Positions 44,038 through 54,709 are shown, counted from the first letter of the stretch. The stretch is DNA of 64,000 nucleotides from Acholeplasmataceae bacterium (GCA_963667565.1 OY763415.1:1600001-1664000); one strand, 5' to 3'. Notes: generated by a model not told the origin, from the letters alone. Numbers and translations are program-made.

Positions 44038-45282
44038 TTATGGTAATTTTCTTGAAATTAATGCATCACTATCAGAAACAGAACTTAATAAGTCAATAGA
44101 TGTTTGAAGTGTTGCTTCACTGTTAAATGATACACAAAGCATTTTTGCTTCTTCACCAGAGATAACCCAAGTTCCAGGTTTATCAAGTTGAGCAAGTCCA
44201 GCATATTCTTCAGCTGTTGCACAAAGCCAAGGTTCTACAAATAGTTGAACAGCTTTACCATCAACTTTATACATGTCTGCATGTCCATCAACGGCATTAC
44301 GAATTGCTGCAGCATCGATTGCAAATGCAACTGTTAAAGGATTGATTACTGCATAATTTAATACATTATTTCCAAGTGTATCTTTTTCAGAGAAACCAAT
44401 TGCTGTTCTTGCTTCAATGGATGCAGTAGCAAGAATTTTGATATCCATATTTTTTGCTTTTTCAACAGCATCGATTGCGTTTGCATCTTCTTCATAACCA
44501 GCAACACAAGCATAGATGTCATATTCACCAGTTTCGAGTGCTGATACAATGTTTGTTCTAATATTACCTGACACAAGATAGATCTTAACATCACTGCGTC
44601 CTGTAACTAGTGGTCCTACATCAGCTGATTGGGCAATTTCTTCAATAGTTCTGTCATAGGTTAAATTATATTTTTCTTGCATTGCTTGCAATACAGCTAA
44701 TGTTGAATAATAATGTGATTCAGCTTGTTTTCCAGTAGCAGCACAAGAGTAAATAAGAACGTTATGTAATTGTCCATCATTTAGTAATTCATCCATTGCA
44801 GCTTTATAAGCTACTTGCATTCCTGCTGAAGAAGCACCACAGTTGCCTAGTGCAGCAGTGAGTTCTGGATTTTCATCTGAAAAAGCAGATTTTTGATTGT
44901 GACAATACATTCCTAATCTTTGGCAAGTCTCAATAACAGACTTTGCAGCACTAGTATCAAGATTAATGATTCCCACGGCACCCTTCACAAACTCATTTTC
45001 AATAAATGTTACTCGTGCATCCTCATTTTTTAAGACTTCCGAAAAATCAAAAGTCATATTAAGGTTTGGTCCTATCTCATTATTAAGATAGTCCTTAATG
45101 ACATTCGTATTTTCATTTACTTCATTTAAAATTACACCAACCAATACCTCTTCGCCTGTTTTGTTTGTAAGCGATGCAAATGGATCAGTGCCACTGCCAG
45201 GAATAATTCCTTGTCCGCTACAAGAAGTAAGTATTGTCATTATACATGTTACAAATAATAAAATGATTATCTTCTTTTTCAT
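44038..45282 (-). CDS. Putative sugar ABC substrate-binding lipoprotein (divergent)
   Basis: Lipobox LTSC; located between the two permeases. Confidence 0.7.
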   Translation of the reverse strand: MKKKIIILLFVTCIMTILTSCSGQGIIPGSGTDPFASLTNKTGEEVLVGVILNEVNENTNVIKDYLNNEIGPNLNMTFDFSEVLKNEDARVTFIENEFVKGAVGIINLDTSAAKSVIETCQRLGMYCHNQKSAFSDENPELTAALGNCGASSAGMQVAYKAAMDELLNDGQLHNVLIYSCAATGKQAESHYYSTLAVLQAMQEKYNLTYDRTIEEIAQSADVGPLVTGRSDVKIYLVSGNIRTNIVSALETGEYDIYACVAGYEEDANAIDAVEKAKNMDIKILATASIEARTAIGFSEKDTLGNNVLNYAVINPLTVAFAIDAAAIRNAVDGHADMYKVDGKAVQLFVEPWLCATAEEYAGLAQLDKPGTWVISGEEAKMLCVSFNSEATLQTSIDLLSSVSDSDALISRKLP

Positions 45283-45320
45283 ATTTTCCTCCTAAAAATC
45301 TTGTTATATAAATATAGTTG

Positions 45321-46292
45321 TTAATCTTTTTCTGGTAATAAATTTGATCTTGTTTGAGATGCTACAACAAGCACAAGGAAGAAGACGCCCCTTATTCCTT
45401 GAATCAAAACGCTATCCACATTTAACATCTGCAAGCCGTTATTCAAAACGACTACCGTAATCGCGCCTAACACCGCTGAGTAAATAAAAGATTTACTTCC
45501 ACCGAAGACCGACATACCGCCTAAGACAATGGCCAGTAGTACATCCATATTAAGTGTACTTGCAGTAAAATTACTTACAGATCCCGTTCTTGTAATAGTC
45601 ATCAATGCACCTAAACCTGCACCAATGCCAGCCATAATAAAAGCTATTAGTAAATATCTATCGTAGACAATCCCAGTAGCATTTGAGCAATCAGAATTGG
45701 TACCGATAAACTTAATTGAACGTCCAACTTTTGTAAAGTTAAATATGATTAAGCAAGCAAGAAAATATATACCAAATGCAATGTATGGAAAATTTGCACT
45801 TCTTAATGCATTTGTAACTTCATAGGGTATGCTTATCGTTTGGTTGTTCAACACCGTTTGTTGAATTGCTAATAATAGTGTCATCATAACAACGGTTACA
45901 AAGAGCACCTTAACTTTAAATTTTGAAGACACGATGACGGCAAGTATACCTATCACTATGCCTGCAACAAGCGCAGCAACAAACATTAGTGTTACTGACT
46001 GAGTTGCAACATATATCTTTATGGCTATTGCTGCAATTAAACCAGTAGTAGCACCCATTGCAATATTTACATTTCCTGTCCCATAGATAAATGATGCGCC
46101 TGTGGCAACAGTTGCCACAATAAGTGACTGATCAATAATGAGAGATAGATTAAATGGGTTAAAGAACATACCTTCACTATTAATTCCAAATATTACCGCT
46201 AGGATGATTAACCAAAAAATCGGCAATAGTTTTGTTATTAATCGGTTGTTTTTGATCACCAATACGCTGTTTTTAAATTTTGCTTTGTCCAT
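45321..46292 (-). CDS. Sugar ABC transporter permease (CUT2/RbsC-like)
   Basis: TKVGRSIKFIGTN, LAIVLGGMSVFGG, LNNGL. Confidence 0.88.
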   Translation of the reverse strand: MDKAKFKNSVLVIKNNRLITKLLPIFWLIILAVIFGINSEGMFFNPFNLSLIIDQSLIVATVATGASFIYGTGNVNIAMGATTGLIAAIAIKIYVATQSVTLMFVAALVAGIVIGILAVIVSSKFKVKVLFVTVVMMTLLLAIQQTVLNNQTISIPYEVTNALRSANFPYIAFGIYFLACLIIFNFTKVGRSIKFIGTNSDCSNATGIVYDRYLLIAFIMAGIGAGLGALMTITRTGSVSNFTASTLNMDVLLAIVLGGMSVFGGSKSFIYSAVLGAITVVVLNNGLQMLNVDSVLIQGIRGVFFLVLVVASQTRSNLLPEKD

Positions 46293-46304
46293 AATAACCT
46301 TCCC

Positions 46305-47810
46305 TTATATCATATAATCAATCAAATGATGCTCTGTTAAGTCAGCACTTCTCATCGCTTCGTGAGTTACTTCACCATCTTTCATAATCATGATTCTGTC
46401 GCTCATTCCAATTAATTCTTGTAGCTCTTCTGAAATAAGTATAATTGACTTACCCGCTTTTTTCATTTGATAGATAATGTTGTACATAGCAGCTTTAACA
46501 CCGACATCTACACCTCTTGTCGGACAGTCCATGATGATCACTTGAGCATCTGCAGCCATCCACTTGCCAAAGGCAACTTTTTGTTTATTTCCACCTGATA
46601 AGGTATTGACATTTGCATGTCTACTAGAAGACTTAATCATTAAATCTTCTATTTGTTTATCTACGTATTTTTTCTCTTTCTTACCAGAAATAATGTACAT
46701 AAATAACTCGTTAATTTTGTATCCAGTTGAAGAAATATTTTCATATATCGTTGCTGACAGACCAAGCGATTCAGTGTCCCTATTTTTTGAAATGTATCCC
46801 ATTTTGTTGTTTACAGCAATATGTGGATTTTTAATTTTAATATTTCCTAATTCAACCTGGCCATCAAGAACTTTTTCAAGTCCAAAAAGTGCTCTACCAA
46901 CAGTTCTCATACCACAATGTGACAATCCACCTATGCCGAGTATCTCACCTTTATGTAATTCTAAGTTGAAACAAAGTAAATCATTGTTTGTTGTTATATT
47001 GTTCGCTCTTAAAACCACTTCATCCCCATAAGGATCAAAATCATTACGATAATAATCACCTTTAACTTCACGGCCGACCATCATTTTTCTGATTACATCA
47101 TGATCGTAGTCCTTTTTTTCTATAGAACCGATGATATTGCCATCTCTGAGTACCGTAAGTATGTCACAATACTTCGTCATTTCATCAAGATCGTGTGAAA
47201 TAAGAAGTACACATTTATTCTCTTTTTTCATGCGAAGTATTGTTTCATATAAAAACTCTCGACCTGTATGAGATAGCGCTGTAGTCGTTTCATCGACAAT
47301 CAGTATTTCTGGTTGCCAGTATAATGACTTGACGATTTCGACTATCTTTCTATCCTGCATGTCAAGCATTGCAGTTTTAGTCTCCGGCGATATATGCTTT
47401 ACACCCAACTCATCAAATAGTTTTTGACAAGCGATGTTCATCTTTTTTTTACTAACAATTAAATTAAATTTACCTGTAAATAAATCTTCGTGTCCCAAAA
47501 AGATGTTTTCAGCTACTGAAATGTTGGGAATTGTTCCAGACTCTTGAACTATCATACCAACGCCGTTTTCTTGTGCAAACAAGGTACTTTCAGGTTTCCA
47601 AACATTACCGTTTAAGAACATTTCCCCTTTTGTTGCAGGTTGAATACCAGCAATAATAGATGATACCGTTGATTTTCCAGAGCCATTTTCTCCAATGACA
47701 CCTCTTATTTCACCTGAACGTATTTCAAAACTCACGTCATTTAATGCTATTGTCGCACCGAAGTTTTTATACATATTATTAATTTTTAGCACTACTTTTT
47801 TTTCTGACAT
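46305..47810 (-). CDS. Sugar ABC transporter ATP-binding protein (two-domain, RbsA/MglA type)
   Basis: GENGSGKST, VDETT, LSGGNKQKV, PTRGVDVG. Confidence 0.93.
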   Translation of the reverse strand: MSEKKVVLKINNMYKNFGATIALNDVSFEIRSGEIRGVIGENGSGKSTVSSIIAGIQPATKGEMFLNGNVWKPESTLFAQENGVGMIVQESGTIPNISVAENIFLGHEDLFTGKFNLIVSKKKMNIACQKLFDELGVKHISPETKTAMLDMQDRKIVEIVKSLYWQPEILIVDETTTALSHTGREFLYETILRMKKENKCVLLISHDLDEMTKYCDILTVLRDGNIIGSIEKKDYDHDVIRKMMVGREVKGDYYRNDFDPYGDEVVLRANNITTNNDLLCFNLELHKGEILGIGGLSHCGMRTVGRALFGLEKVLDGQVELGNIKIKNPHIAVNNKMGYISKNRDTESLGLSATIYENISSTGYKINELFMYIISGKKEKKYVDKQIEDLMIKSSSRHANVNTLSGGNKQKVAFGKWMAADAQVIIMDCPTRGVDVGVKAAMYNIIYQMKKAGKSIILISEELQELIGMSDRIMIMKDGEVTHEAMRSADLTEHHLIDYMI

Positions 47811-47887
47811 AAGTTAAGCCTCCACCACACAAGTCATAATTAATCATTGATTTATTTTAAGAACACATTGTTCTTATTCTTACTTTT

Positions 47888-50800
47888 TTATTCTACTTTT
47901 GCTTGATTTTTGTTCTTTGAGAATAAAACTATCCCTTTTTTGTCTAGTATGTGCATCGTAGTAGAACCAATTGCACCAACTGCTGAGAATGCAAGAGCGG
48001 ATACTAGCACTACTTGCCACCAAGGCATTGCTAATTTAACTACAGAATTTGCATCTAAACCATTCATTGCAGCACTATTAGCTACAGAATATAAAATACG
48101 TTTAGTTGACTCTCTCATAGCATTTACAACATATGCATCAGAAGAAAAATCGCTTAATTGTCCAGTTCTGTCATGGTTATTTACGCCATCAAATAAATCT
48201 GTACCAGTCACAACAGCACGTGGAGCATACATATAAAGCGTACAATGAGTCGTTGTGTCACAAGCATCTGCATCCGTAACGATAAATCCATCAAAACCCC
48301 ATTCTCCGCGAAGTACACCATTCATAAGTTCAGAAGAATTACCACACCAAATTGTGCCTAATCTATTAAAACCACTCATAGCCGCATGCGCATTGCCACC
48401 GTCTATTTTCATGATGCCTCTAAAAGCTTCTAAATATATTTCTCTAATTGCTTGTTCATTTGCCCAAGTGCCTACACCTTCACGATGAGTTTCAGAATCG
48501 TTTAATGCAAAATGTTTTTCATAAACGATAATTCCTTTTGACTGAATACCTTTAGTTTCTTCGGCTCCGATTAATGAAGTAACAACAGGATCTTCTGAAT
48601 AATATTCAAAATTTCTACCGCTATATGCATTTCTATGTGTGTTAGCGCCTGGTCCGTATAAACCATTACAATCGCTATGTAATCCATCTTCCCCGATAAT
48701 TTCTCCAACGCGTCTAGTCAGTTCCTTATTCCAAGTTGCAGCTCTTACACATGGAGCTGGGAAAGCAGTACCACTTCCGCCTCCAATAAATGTTGAATTA
48801 AATCCGGAAGGACCATTTTGGTCAGAAGTACCAGGTTTAGCGACAGAAATAACCGCTCTGGTAGTATGTTGACCATAAGCAATTAAATCTCTCATTTCTC
48901 TAAAAGAGACTTGGTCAAGTAAATCATCCCAAGTGTATGTTTTACCATTTAATTCTATAGATCCATCTAAAGGTACGCCTCTGAACATAACAAGTTTAAG
49001 TCCATTATCTGCACCTAAAGTAGGCATTGTATAACTCGCTGCATCTGCAGGAGGTGTATACTGTTCAGCTTTAATTTCACCATACATTTTATCGGTCATA
49101 TCAAGTTTAACAGCAATACTTTTCATGGTTGCTAGTGAAGAAATATCAAAAGACTCGTTCCAATTTTCACGAGAAATATAATTGACCTTTTGATTTTCAT
49201 CATATAAATTGATATCTGCATTGTCAAATTGATTCGTTATATCAACACCAGTAGAAGATGATGTAGCATAAGTTGTTGTGTCACGTGTATCAACAGTCCA
49301 CTTATACACAGTATCACCTTGACTCTTGATTGGAGCAACTGCAGGTACCATCTTACTTTCATTAGCACCTTTCATCGTTAATATATTATTTAACGCATCA
49401 TGTGCACCATTACCTAAAGAAAGGTAATAATCTCCAGCATCCATAATATAAGTTTTTGCACCATATGCATCGTATACTGCTAATAATTCTTTATTAAAGC
49501 TTACAGATACAGTTTCTGATTCACCAGGTGCTAAAGTATTTGTTTTTTCGAATCCAACAAGTTCTACAGACGCTTTTTCTATGTCGTTTTCCTTGTCGTA
49601 AATTGTATAAGGTGTTTGAGCGTATAATTGTACAACCTCTTTACCTGATACACTTTCAGATGTATTTTTTACTGTGACGGTTGCTGTCATCGTACCATCA
49701 CCGTTATCTTTCACACTGTAATCGCTATATTCGAAATCTGCATAGGATAATCCATGTCCGAATGAGTATGCAACGATACTGTTATAATCAAAACCAGTTG
49801 TATTTCCGAGCACCATATCCTCATATCTTGTTTCGTAATAGCGGTAGCCTACATATATACCTTCTAAATATACATTGTAGTATTTTTCTCCCATCCAAAT
49901 ATCTTTGAACTCTGAATCCGCTTTTGATCTGTAATCAGATTCAAAATTTTGATATGCAGTATGTCCAAAATTATAAATTGATGGTTCTCTTAAATTGTCA
50001 TAGCAAAAAGTATCAACGATATGGCCTGATGGTGTAATATCTCCACTTAAAAGTCTTCCTAGAGAATCTACGCCACTTTGACCAGTTGCACCTAGCCACA
50101 TACATGCATCAATGCCGTAGTCAACGCCACAAACATCTTCTGATAAAAAGTCTAATTGAATTGCATTAGAACTATTTAAAATAACTACGATATTTTGTAT
50201 CGTACCATTATCTTTTAATCCTTTTAATCCATTTAACAAGCTTCGCTCATCACCGTTAAGTTCAAGATAATTGTTACCTGTTAAACTACCTTCTCCGATT
50301 GTTCTCGCATCTGATACGTTGATTGTTCCAAAATCATAACCAACTTCGTTCGCGCCACTAGTTAAATCATAGCCTTCTCCACCATTACGTGAAAATACTA
50401 CAACGGCTGTATCACATACGATCATATTTGCATAATCTGAAGAATTTTCTATGAGTGACCAAGGTACTTCATTGATTGCAAATGGATTCGCATCATGCAT
50501 TCCAGGAACAGATAAGTGATAACTTTCACCTTCACCTGAATCATAGAAATTATATGAGTCCATATTTACATTAAATCCGCCTAAAAGAAGACTTGATACA
50601 AATGTTGCATCAGAACCACTTGTTTGTCCTGAACCAGTACCACTCGTAATTGGATCATTCACTGATTGTCCAAACAAACTTATTGTTGTGTTTTTTTGTA
50701 GAGGAAGTGCTCCATCATTTTGCAATAAAACAAAGCCTTCAGCAGTGACATCCTTTACAAGTTCATTTCCTGCTGCCGATAAAGCCTCACTGTCATAAAC

Positions 50801-51046
50801 TTCTTTACCTTTACTGTCAAGTAGAGTATTTCCTTCTCCATCTTTTTGAGTGAATTCACTTTCAAAATAAACATCACCCACTGAACCAACAGATGTAGAG
50901 GTTGAAGAAGCAGTATTAAAAAACCAATTTATTGTTGTCTCATATCTAATGCTAACTATGTTAACCACGATCATAAATACCAATAGACCAATAAAAACTT
51001 TAGTTAACACTCTCCATAATTTTGAAGTACTTTTCTTTTGTACCAT
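47888..51046 (-). CDS. Membrane-anchored GH3 beta-glycosidase (GH3_C, Fn3-like, GH3_N domain order)
   Basis: EGFVLLQN near the N-terminus; EGIYVGYRYYE, GKEVVQLY; GRNFEYYSEDP, KHFALND, GFDGFIVTD in the C-terminal half; TM helices at both ends. Confidence 0.9.
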   Translation of the reverse strand: MVQKKSTSKLWRVLTKVFIGLLVFMIVVNIVSIRYETTINWFFNTASSTSTSVGSVGDVYFESEFTQKDGEGNTLLDSKGKEVYDSEALSAAGNELVKDVTAEGFVLLQNDGALPLQKNTTISLFGQSVNDPITSGTGSGQTSGSDATFVSSLLLGGFNVNMDSYNFYDSGEGESYHLSVPGMHDANPFAINEVPWSLIENSSDYANMIVCDTAVVVFSRNGGEGYDLTSGANEVGYDFGTINVSDARTIGEGSLTGNNYLELNGDERSLLNGLKGLKDNGTIQNIVVILNSSNAIQLDFLSEDVCGVDYGIDACMWLGATGQSGVDSLGRLLSGDITPSGHIVDTFCYDNLREPSIYNFGHTAYQNFESDYRSKADSEFKDIWMGEKYYNVYLEGIYVGYRYYETRYEDMVLGNTTGFDYNSIVAYSFGHGLSYADFEYSDYSVKDNGDGTMTATVTVKNTSESVSGKEVVQLYAQTPYTIYDKENDIEKASVELVGFEKTNTLAPGESETVSVSFNKELLAVYDAYGAKTYIMDAGDYYLSLGNGAHDALNNILTMKGANESKMVPAVAPIKSQGDTVYKWTVDTRDTTTYATSSSTGVDITNQFDNADINLYDENQKVNYISRENWNESFDISSLATMKSIAVKLDMTDKMYGEIKAEQYTPPADAASYTMPTLGADNGLKLVMFRGVPLDGSIELNGKTYTWDDLLDQVSFREMRDLIAYGQHTTRAVISVAKPGTSDQNGPSGFNSTFIGGGSGTAFPAPCVRAATWNKELTRRVGEIIGEDGLHSDCNGLYGPGANTHRNAYSGRNFEYYSEDPVVTSLIGAEETKGIQSKGIIVYEKHFALNDSETHREGVGTWANEQAIREIYLEAFRGIMKIDGGNAHAAMSGFNRLGTIWCGNSSELMNGVLRGEWGFDGFIVTDADACDTTTHCTLYMYAPRAVVTGTDLFDGVNNHDRTGQLSDFSSDAYVVNAMRESTKRILYSVANSAAMNGLDANSVVKLAMPWWQVVLVSALAFSAVGAIGSTTMHILDKKGIVLFSKNKNQAKVE

Positions 51047-51077
51047 ACTTAATTCTCCTTACTGTTTTAATACATTA

Positions 51078-51108
51078 ATAACTATCCAAGAGTACTCTCG
51101 GATAGTTA
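51078..51108. other. Intergenic stem-loop
   Basis: ATAACTATCC.AGAG-TA-CTCT.GGATAGTTAT inverted repeat. Confidence 0.6.
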
Positions 51109-51138
51109 TCATGTAGGTTTAAATCTTGAATTTTAAAA

Positions 51139-51741
51139 TTATTCTGCAGTTGTTTCTTCTGGTTTTACTGCAGCATCACCAGGAATTTGGTCACCATTTA
51201 ATACTGTTACTTTCATTGTTCCCATAACTGTATCAACAACACATTCATAACTACGTCCATATGCTGCGATAAAGTCATCAGCGTTTTCCCATACTTCAGT
51301 TTCTGCACGTGCATTAAGTGTATAAGTGAAACCAGGAGCAACATCGTTATCAGGATCTCCAGCTGGCCATCTATCTGTATCAACTACAGCTGTTACACTT
51401 GAACGTTCTTCAGCGATAAGTGTAATTCTAGTAGGCATTAAAAGTGTATAAGTGATTGTACCTTCTTCAGCGTTTTCTTCTTTAACTTCATATTCTCCAT
51501 AAGCAGTAATGTCACGACCATAAACAAGTGTTACTACAGGGATAGCCCATCTTGTTTCGTAGTTCATTTTGTAAGTGCCATCACTAAAAATTTCTAAAGT
51601 GTAAGCATAATCTATTGGGTCTGCCATATCTGTATGATTATGTAGATATTGTTGAGAATATAATCCTTCAGACTTTGTTGAACATGCTACCAAGGTAAAA
51701 ACCATGATTAGTGATAAAGCTAGGGTAATAACTTTCTTCAT
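51139..51741 (-). CDS. Hypothetical lipoprotein, first gene of the long minus-strand operon
   Basis: Lipobox LVAC; AAGGAG RBS; beta-rich mature part with no recognised family. Confidence 0.75.
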   Translation of the reverse strand: MKKVITLALSLIMVFTLVACSTKSEGLYSQQYLHNHTDMADPIDYAYTLEIFSDGTYKMNYETRWAIPVVTLVYGRDITAYGEYEVKEENAEEGTITYTLLMPTRITLIAEERSSVTAVVDTDRWPAGDPDNDVAPGFTYTLNARAETEVWENADDFIAAYGRSYECVVDTVMGTMKVTVLNGDQIPGDAAVKPEETTAE

Positions 51742-52095
51742 TTTAAACTCTCCTTATAAATATTTTTTATTTTTACAAAGCATCAATGGCTTTGATAAAG
51801 CATTGTTTCATGTATTTTAGAATTGATCATGGGTTATACATAATAAATACACACGTGAAATCATCAAAATTCTTTTTAAATTTTAAGTATAGTTATCATA
51901 TATATTTACATCCATTATGGAATAAAAGGTATTTTGAAATATTTATTAATGTCGCCATAAACATTAAAACGATATGATGTATAGGATTCAAAATAGTTAC
52001 TTTAATTAAGATTTAATGAAGCTAAGGATTAGCTTTTTAAATATATTGATTCATTGAGATTATTGAATCAACATTCAAGCCACATTTAGCAACAC

Positions 52096-52184
52096 TAAAA
52101 CCGCTTTCATTTATCTTTATATTAGCACTCTCATTTTGATATATGTATGTTATCGCATAATCGGTAGTTTTTATTGCACAATTG
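52096..52184 (-). promoter_or_regulatory. 89-bp regulatory module, copy 2
   Basis: Reverse complement matches 34481-34569 at 83/89 positions by hand alignment. Confidence 0.75.
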
Positions 52185-52568
52185 GTTTTTATGAATTCTA
52201 ATCACTAATATTCTATTTTTAACTAGCTTAATAGTATCATCATGATGCGCAATTGATGTATTTTGTATATGACCTCATCACAAAAAACACGATCTAGATT
52301 TAATCGCATATTATGTTAGACATATGTGATAAATTTAACGTATATTTTCTGTGCTTTGCTCATGTTTTTGTAAATGAACAAGCAAGCGCAGTCTTTCATG
52401 GTCTAAACTAAGATGATGATCATGTTTTACTTTTTTATCAAACTATCATACAAGAAGAAGAGATCATTGCAAGCCAAGAAAACATCAAATCACTAGATCT
52501 GATGTTCTTTCATTCAAATGTAACACTATGGTCACTTAACATATATGTAAACGCTAGACAAAGATGTA

Positions 52569-53900
52569 TTATGCGTTTTGATTGGATTTTTCGTCATGCA
52601 AAGAAAAGAGTATTGTTATCGTAAACCAACTATTTTTGGTATCTATTCTTACAGAACCATCATATTTATCAACGATATTTTTAATACTTTTGATACCATA
52701 ACCATGATTTGTGGATTCTTGTTTAGTTGTAGCAAGATTACCTTCATCGTAACGAAGTTCATGTTCATAGTAGTTTTCCATATGAATAATGAGTAGATCA
52801 TGTTGAGTATAAACATTTAAATTAATGATTCTTTTATCGCTATCATGAACTTTTAAAACTGATTCCATAGCATTATCAAACATATTACCAAAAAGTGATG
52901 TCATATCCATTGTATTCATGAAATCAATTCTTTTAGCATCAATCGCATATGTAAAATTAATTTGATTTTTATCACAAAAACTTCTTTGAGAGGTGATGAT
53001 GGTATTCATCACACCATTTCCAGTTTCAGCTTGCAAAGCATAATTTCTTAACTCTTCTTCAAAATCTTTAAGGTATTGATCTTTTTTATCTTCATTAGTT
53101 TCAGCACGTATCAAATTTAATTGGTGCTTGATGTCATGATATCTTTGATTTGCAAGTTTGATGTTGTCTTTTGATTGTTGATATTGTATGTAATATTTTT
53201 GAAATGTACCTTCTAATACTGTAATTTCTTTTTGAGCATAAAGTAGTATTTGATATTCTTGCAATACTAATATAACAACGACACCACATAAATCTACTAA
53301 TGTTCTAATATAAAATATTTCATGTGGATATTCACTTGTTAATGCAGATTGTATACCAGAAAATGATAAATTACTTACAAAGAATACAATGACCATAATT
53401 GCAATAATGGTAATCATATTGTTTCTTGAAATTTCAGGTTTATAACCTTTTAAATGATAGTGTTTGTATATTTTATAAAATACATAACCACCTGTAATCC
53501 ATAATATAATAAATAAACCGTATTCAAGCATACCTAAAAATTGATCACTTAAGATGGATCCAAAGAGATAATAAATCTGCCAACCCAGAGCTCCTAAAAA
53601 TTGAGCAAATACAAAGGCCTGACTTGTTAAATATATGGCTTGAATCCAAGTAACTTTACCTAATATGTAGACGTATAAAAACATGAGTCCATAAATACCA
53701 ATGATTGTAGCAATCCACAAATAGTCCGGTAAAAACTCAAAAGAATATTGTACAATCAAAAAAACAAAAAACATAAAAATAATAAAAATTAATCGTTTCT
53801 TAGATTTGATGCGTTGTGGAAGAAAGAATACGACTAATATACAAAATGTCCATTGAAGTACACCATATAGCACTTTAGGAATTGAGCTTCCATCAATCAT
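52569..53900 (-). CDS. Membrane sensor histidine kinase (AgrC-like, GHKL)
   Basis: Multi-TM N-terminus; YHDIKH, LFGNMFDNAME, TTKQ...HGYGIKSI. Confidence 0.9.
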   Translation of the reverse strand: MIDGSSIPKVLYGVLQWTFCILVVFFLPQRIKSKKRLIFIIFMFFVFLIVQYSFEFLPDYLWIATIIGIYGLMFLYVYILGKVTWIQAIYLTSQAFVFAQFLGALGWQIYYLFGSILSDQFLGMLEYGLFIILWITGGYVFYKIYKHYHLKGYKPEISRNNMITIIAIMVIVFFVSNLSFSGIQSALTSEYPHEIFYIRTLVDLCGVVVILVLQEYQILLYAQKEITVLEGTFQKYYIQYQQSKDNIKLANQRYHDIKHQLNLIRAETNEDKKDQYLKDFEEELRNYALQAETGNGVMNTIITSQRSFCDKNQINFTYAIDAKRIDFMNTMDMTSLFGNMFDNAMESVLKVHDSDKRIINLNVYTQHDLLIIHMENYYEHELRYDEGNLATTKQESTNHGYGIKSIKNIVDKYDGSVRIDTKNSWFTITILFSLHDEKSNQNA

Positions 53901-53901
53901 A

Positions 53902-54615
53902 TTAGAGCCCTTCCTTATAATAATCTGTAAGCGTATTTAAGAAATCTTTTTTTCTAGCTCTACTAATTTTTAATTGTTCATTTTCAATGAGCACATAATC
54001 TTCATGGATGCCACGAATTTTTGCTAAATTGACAATATATGAATTATTACATCTATAAAAATGAAAAGGTGCTAATTTTTGTTCATATTCTTTTAATGAA
54101 CCCCAGATACTGTAGTGTTCAGTAGCTGTGTTAATGATGAGTTCATGTTTTTTACTTTCGATATAGATAATTTGAATCGTATCAATTTTTTTTAATCCTG
54201 AATCGGTATTAATAATAATGAATTGTGAGTTTTGATTACTTAATTTTTTAATTACTTTTTGCATCTCTCTTGAAAACTTGAAGTAAGAGACAGGTTTAAC
54301 TAAAAATGATTGTGCATCAACATCATATCCTTTGACTGCAAAATTAATGAGATTAGTGACAAATATAATAATGACGTTTTCATCAACTTTTCTCACTTCT
54401 TCAGCAGTTTTTAAACCGTTAAGTTGAATTAATTCAATATCTAAGAAAATAATGTCATATTGGCATTTATAATCATCTAAAAGGTTATAGCCATCAGAAT
54501 ATGTATTAATAATAAACTTGATTTGATTAGCTTCAGCAAATTTATTTAAATGTGATATGAGAACGTCAATGTAGCTTTGTTCATCTTCTACAATTGCAAC
54601 ATAATAATTATTCAT
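53902..54615 (-). CDS. LytTR-family response regulator
   Basis: IVEDE, FLDI, LVKPV receiver domain; IIYIES, FYRCNNSYIVNL, ISRARKK LytTR domain. Confidence 0.93.
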   Translation of the reverse strand: MNNYYVAIVEDEQSYIDVLISHLNKFAEANQIKFIINTYSDGYNLLDDYKCQYDIIFLDIELIQLNGLKTAEEVRKVDENVIIIFVTNLINFAVKGYDVDAQSFLVKPVSYFKFSREMQKVIKKLSNQNSQFIIINTDSGLKKIDTIQIIYIESKKHELIINTATEHYSIWGSLKEYEQKLAPFHFYRCNNSYIVNLAKIRGIHEDYVLIENEQLKISRARKKDFLNTLTDYYKEGL

Positions 54616-54676
54616 AAATTCATCTCCAAGGATATATAATATCAATGTCATTATATCATAGTATATTTAATTGGTA

Positions 54677-54709
54677 TCTGATTATGTAAATGGACACATT
54701 TTGGTAGTA
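54677..54709 (+). pseudogene. Possible relic of an SDR (KduD/IdnO-like) C-terminus
   Basis: Encodes SDYVNGHILVV, resembling the conserved SDYVNGHILxVDGG end; the rest of the gene is absent. Confidence 0.35.

Noticed and set aside
47888..51046. Reversed GH3 domain order as a novelty
   Set aside because: This arrangement with terminal TM anchors is already known in GH3 enzymes from gut and rumen bacteria
51786..51977. 63-aa plus-strand ORF
   Set aside because: Antisense within the operon leader, no RBS, composition typical of AT-rich noncoding DNA
34481..52184. 89-bp inverted repeats as transposon ends
   Set aside because: No transposase or recombinase and no target-site duplication seen; the repeats are better explained as duplicated promoters
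52569..54615. Agr-type quorum-sensing system
   Set aside because: The kinase and regulator are AgrC/AgrA-like, but no agrB or agrD is present and the context is carbohydrate utilisation
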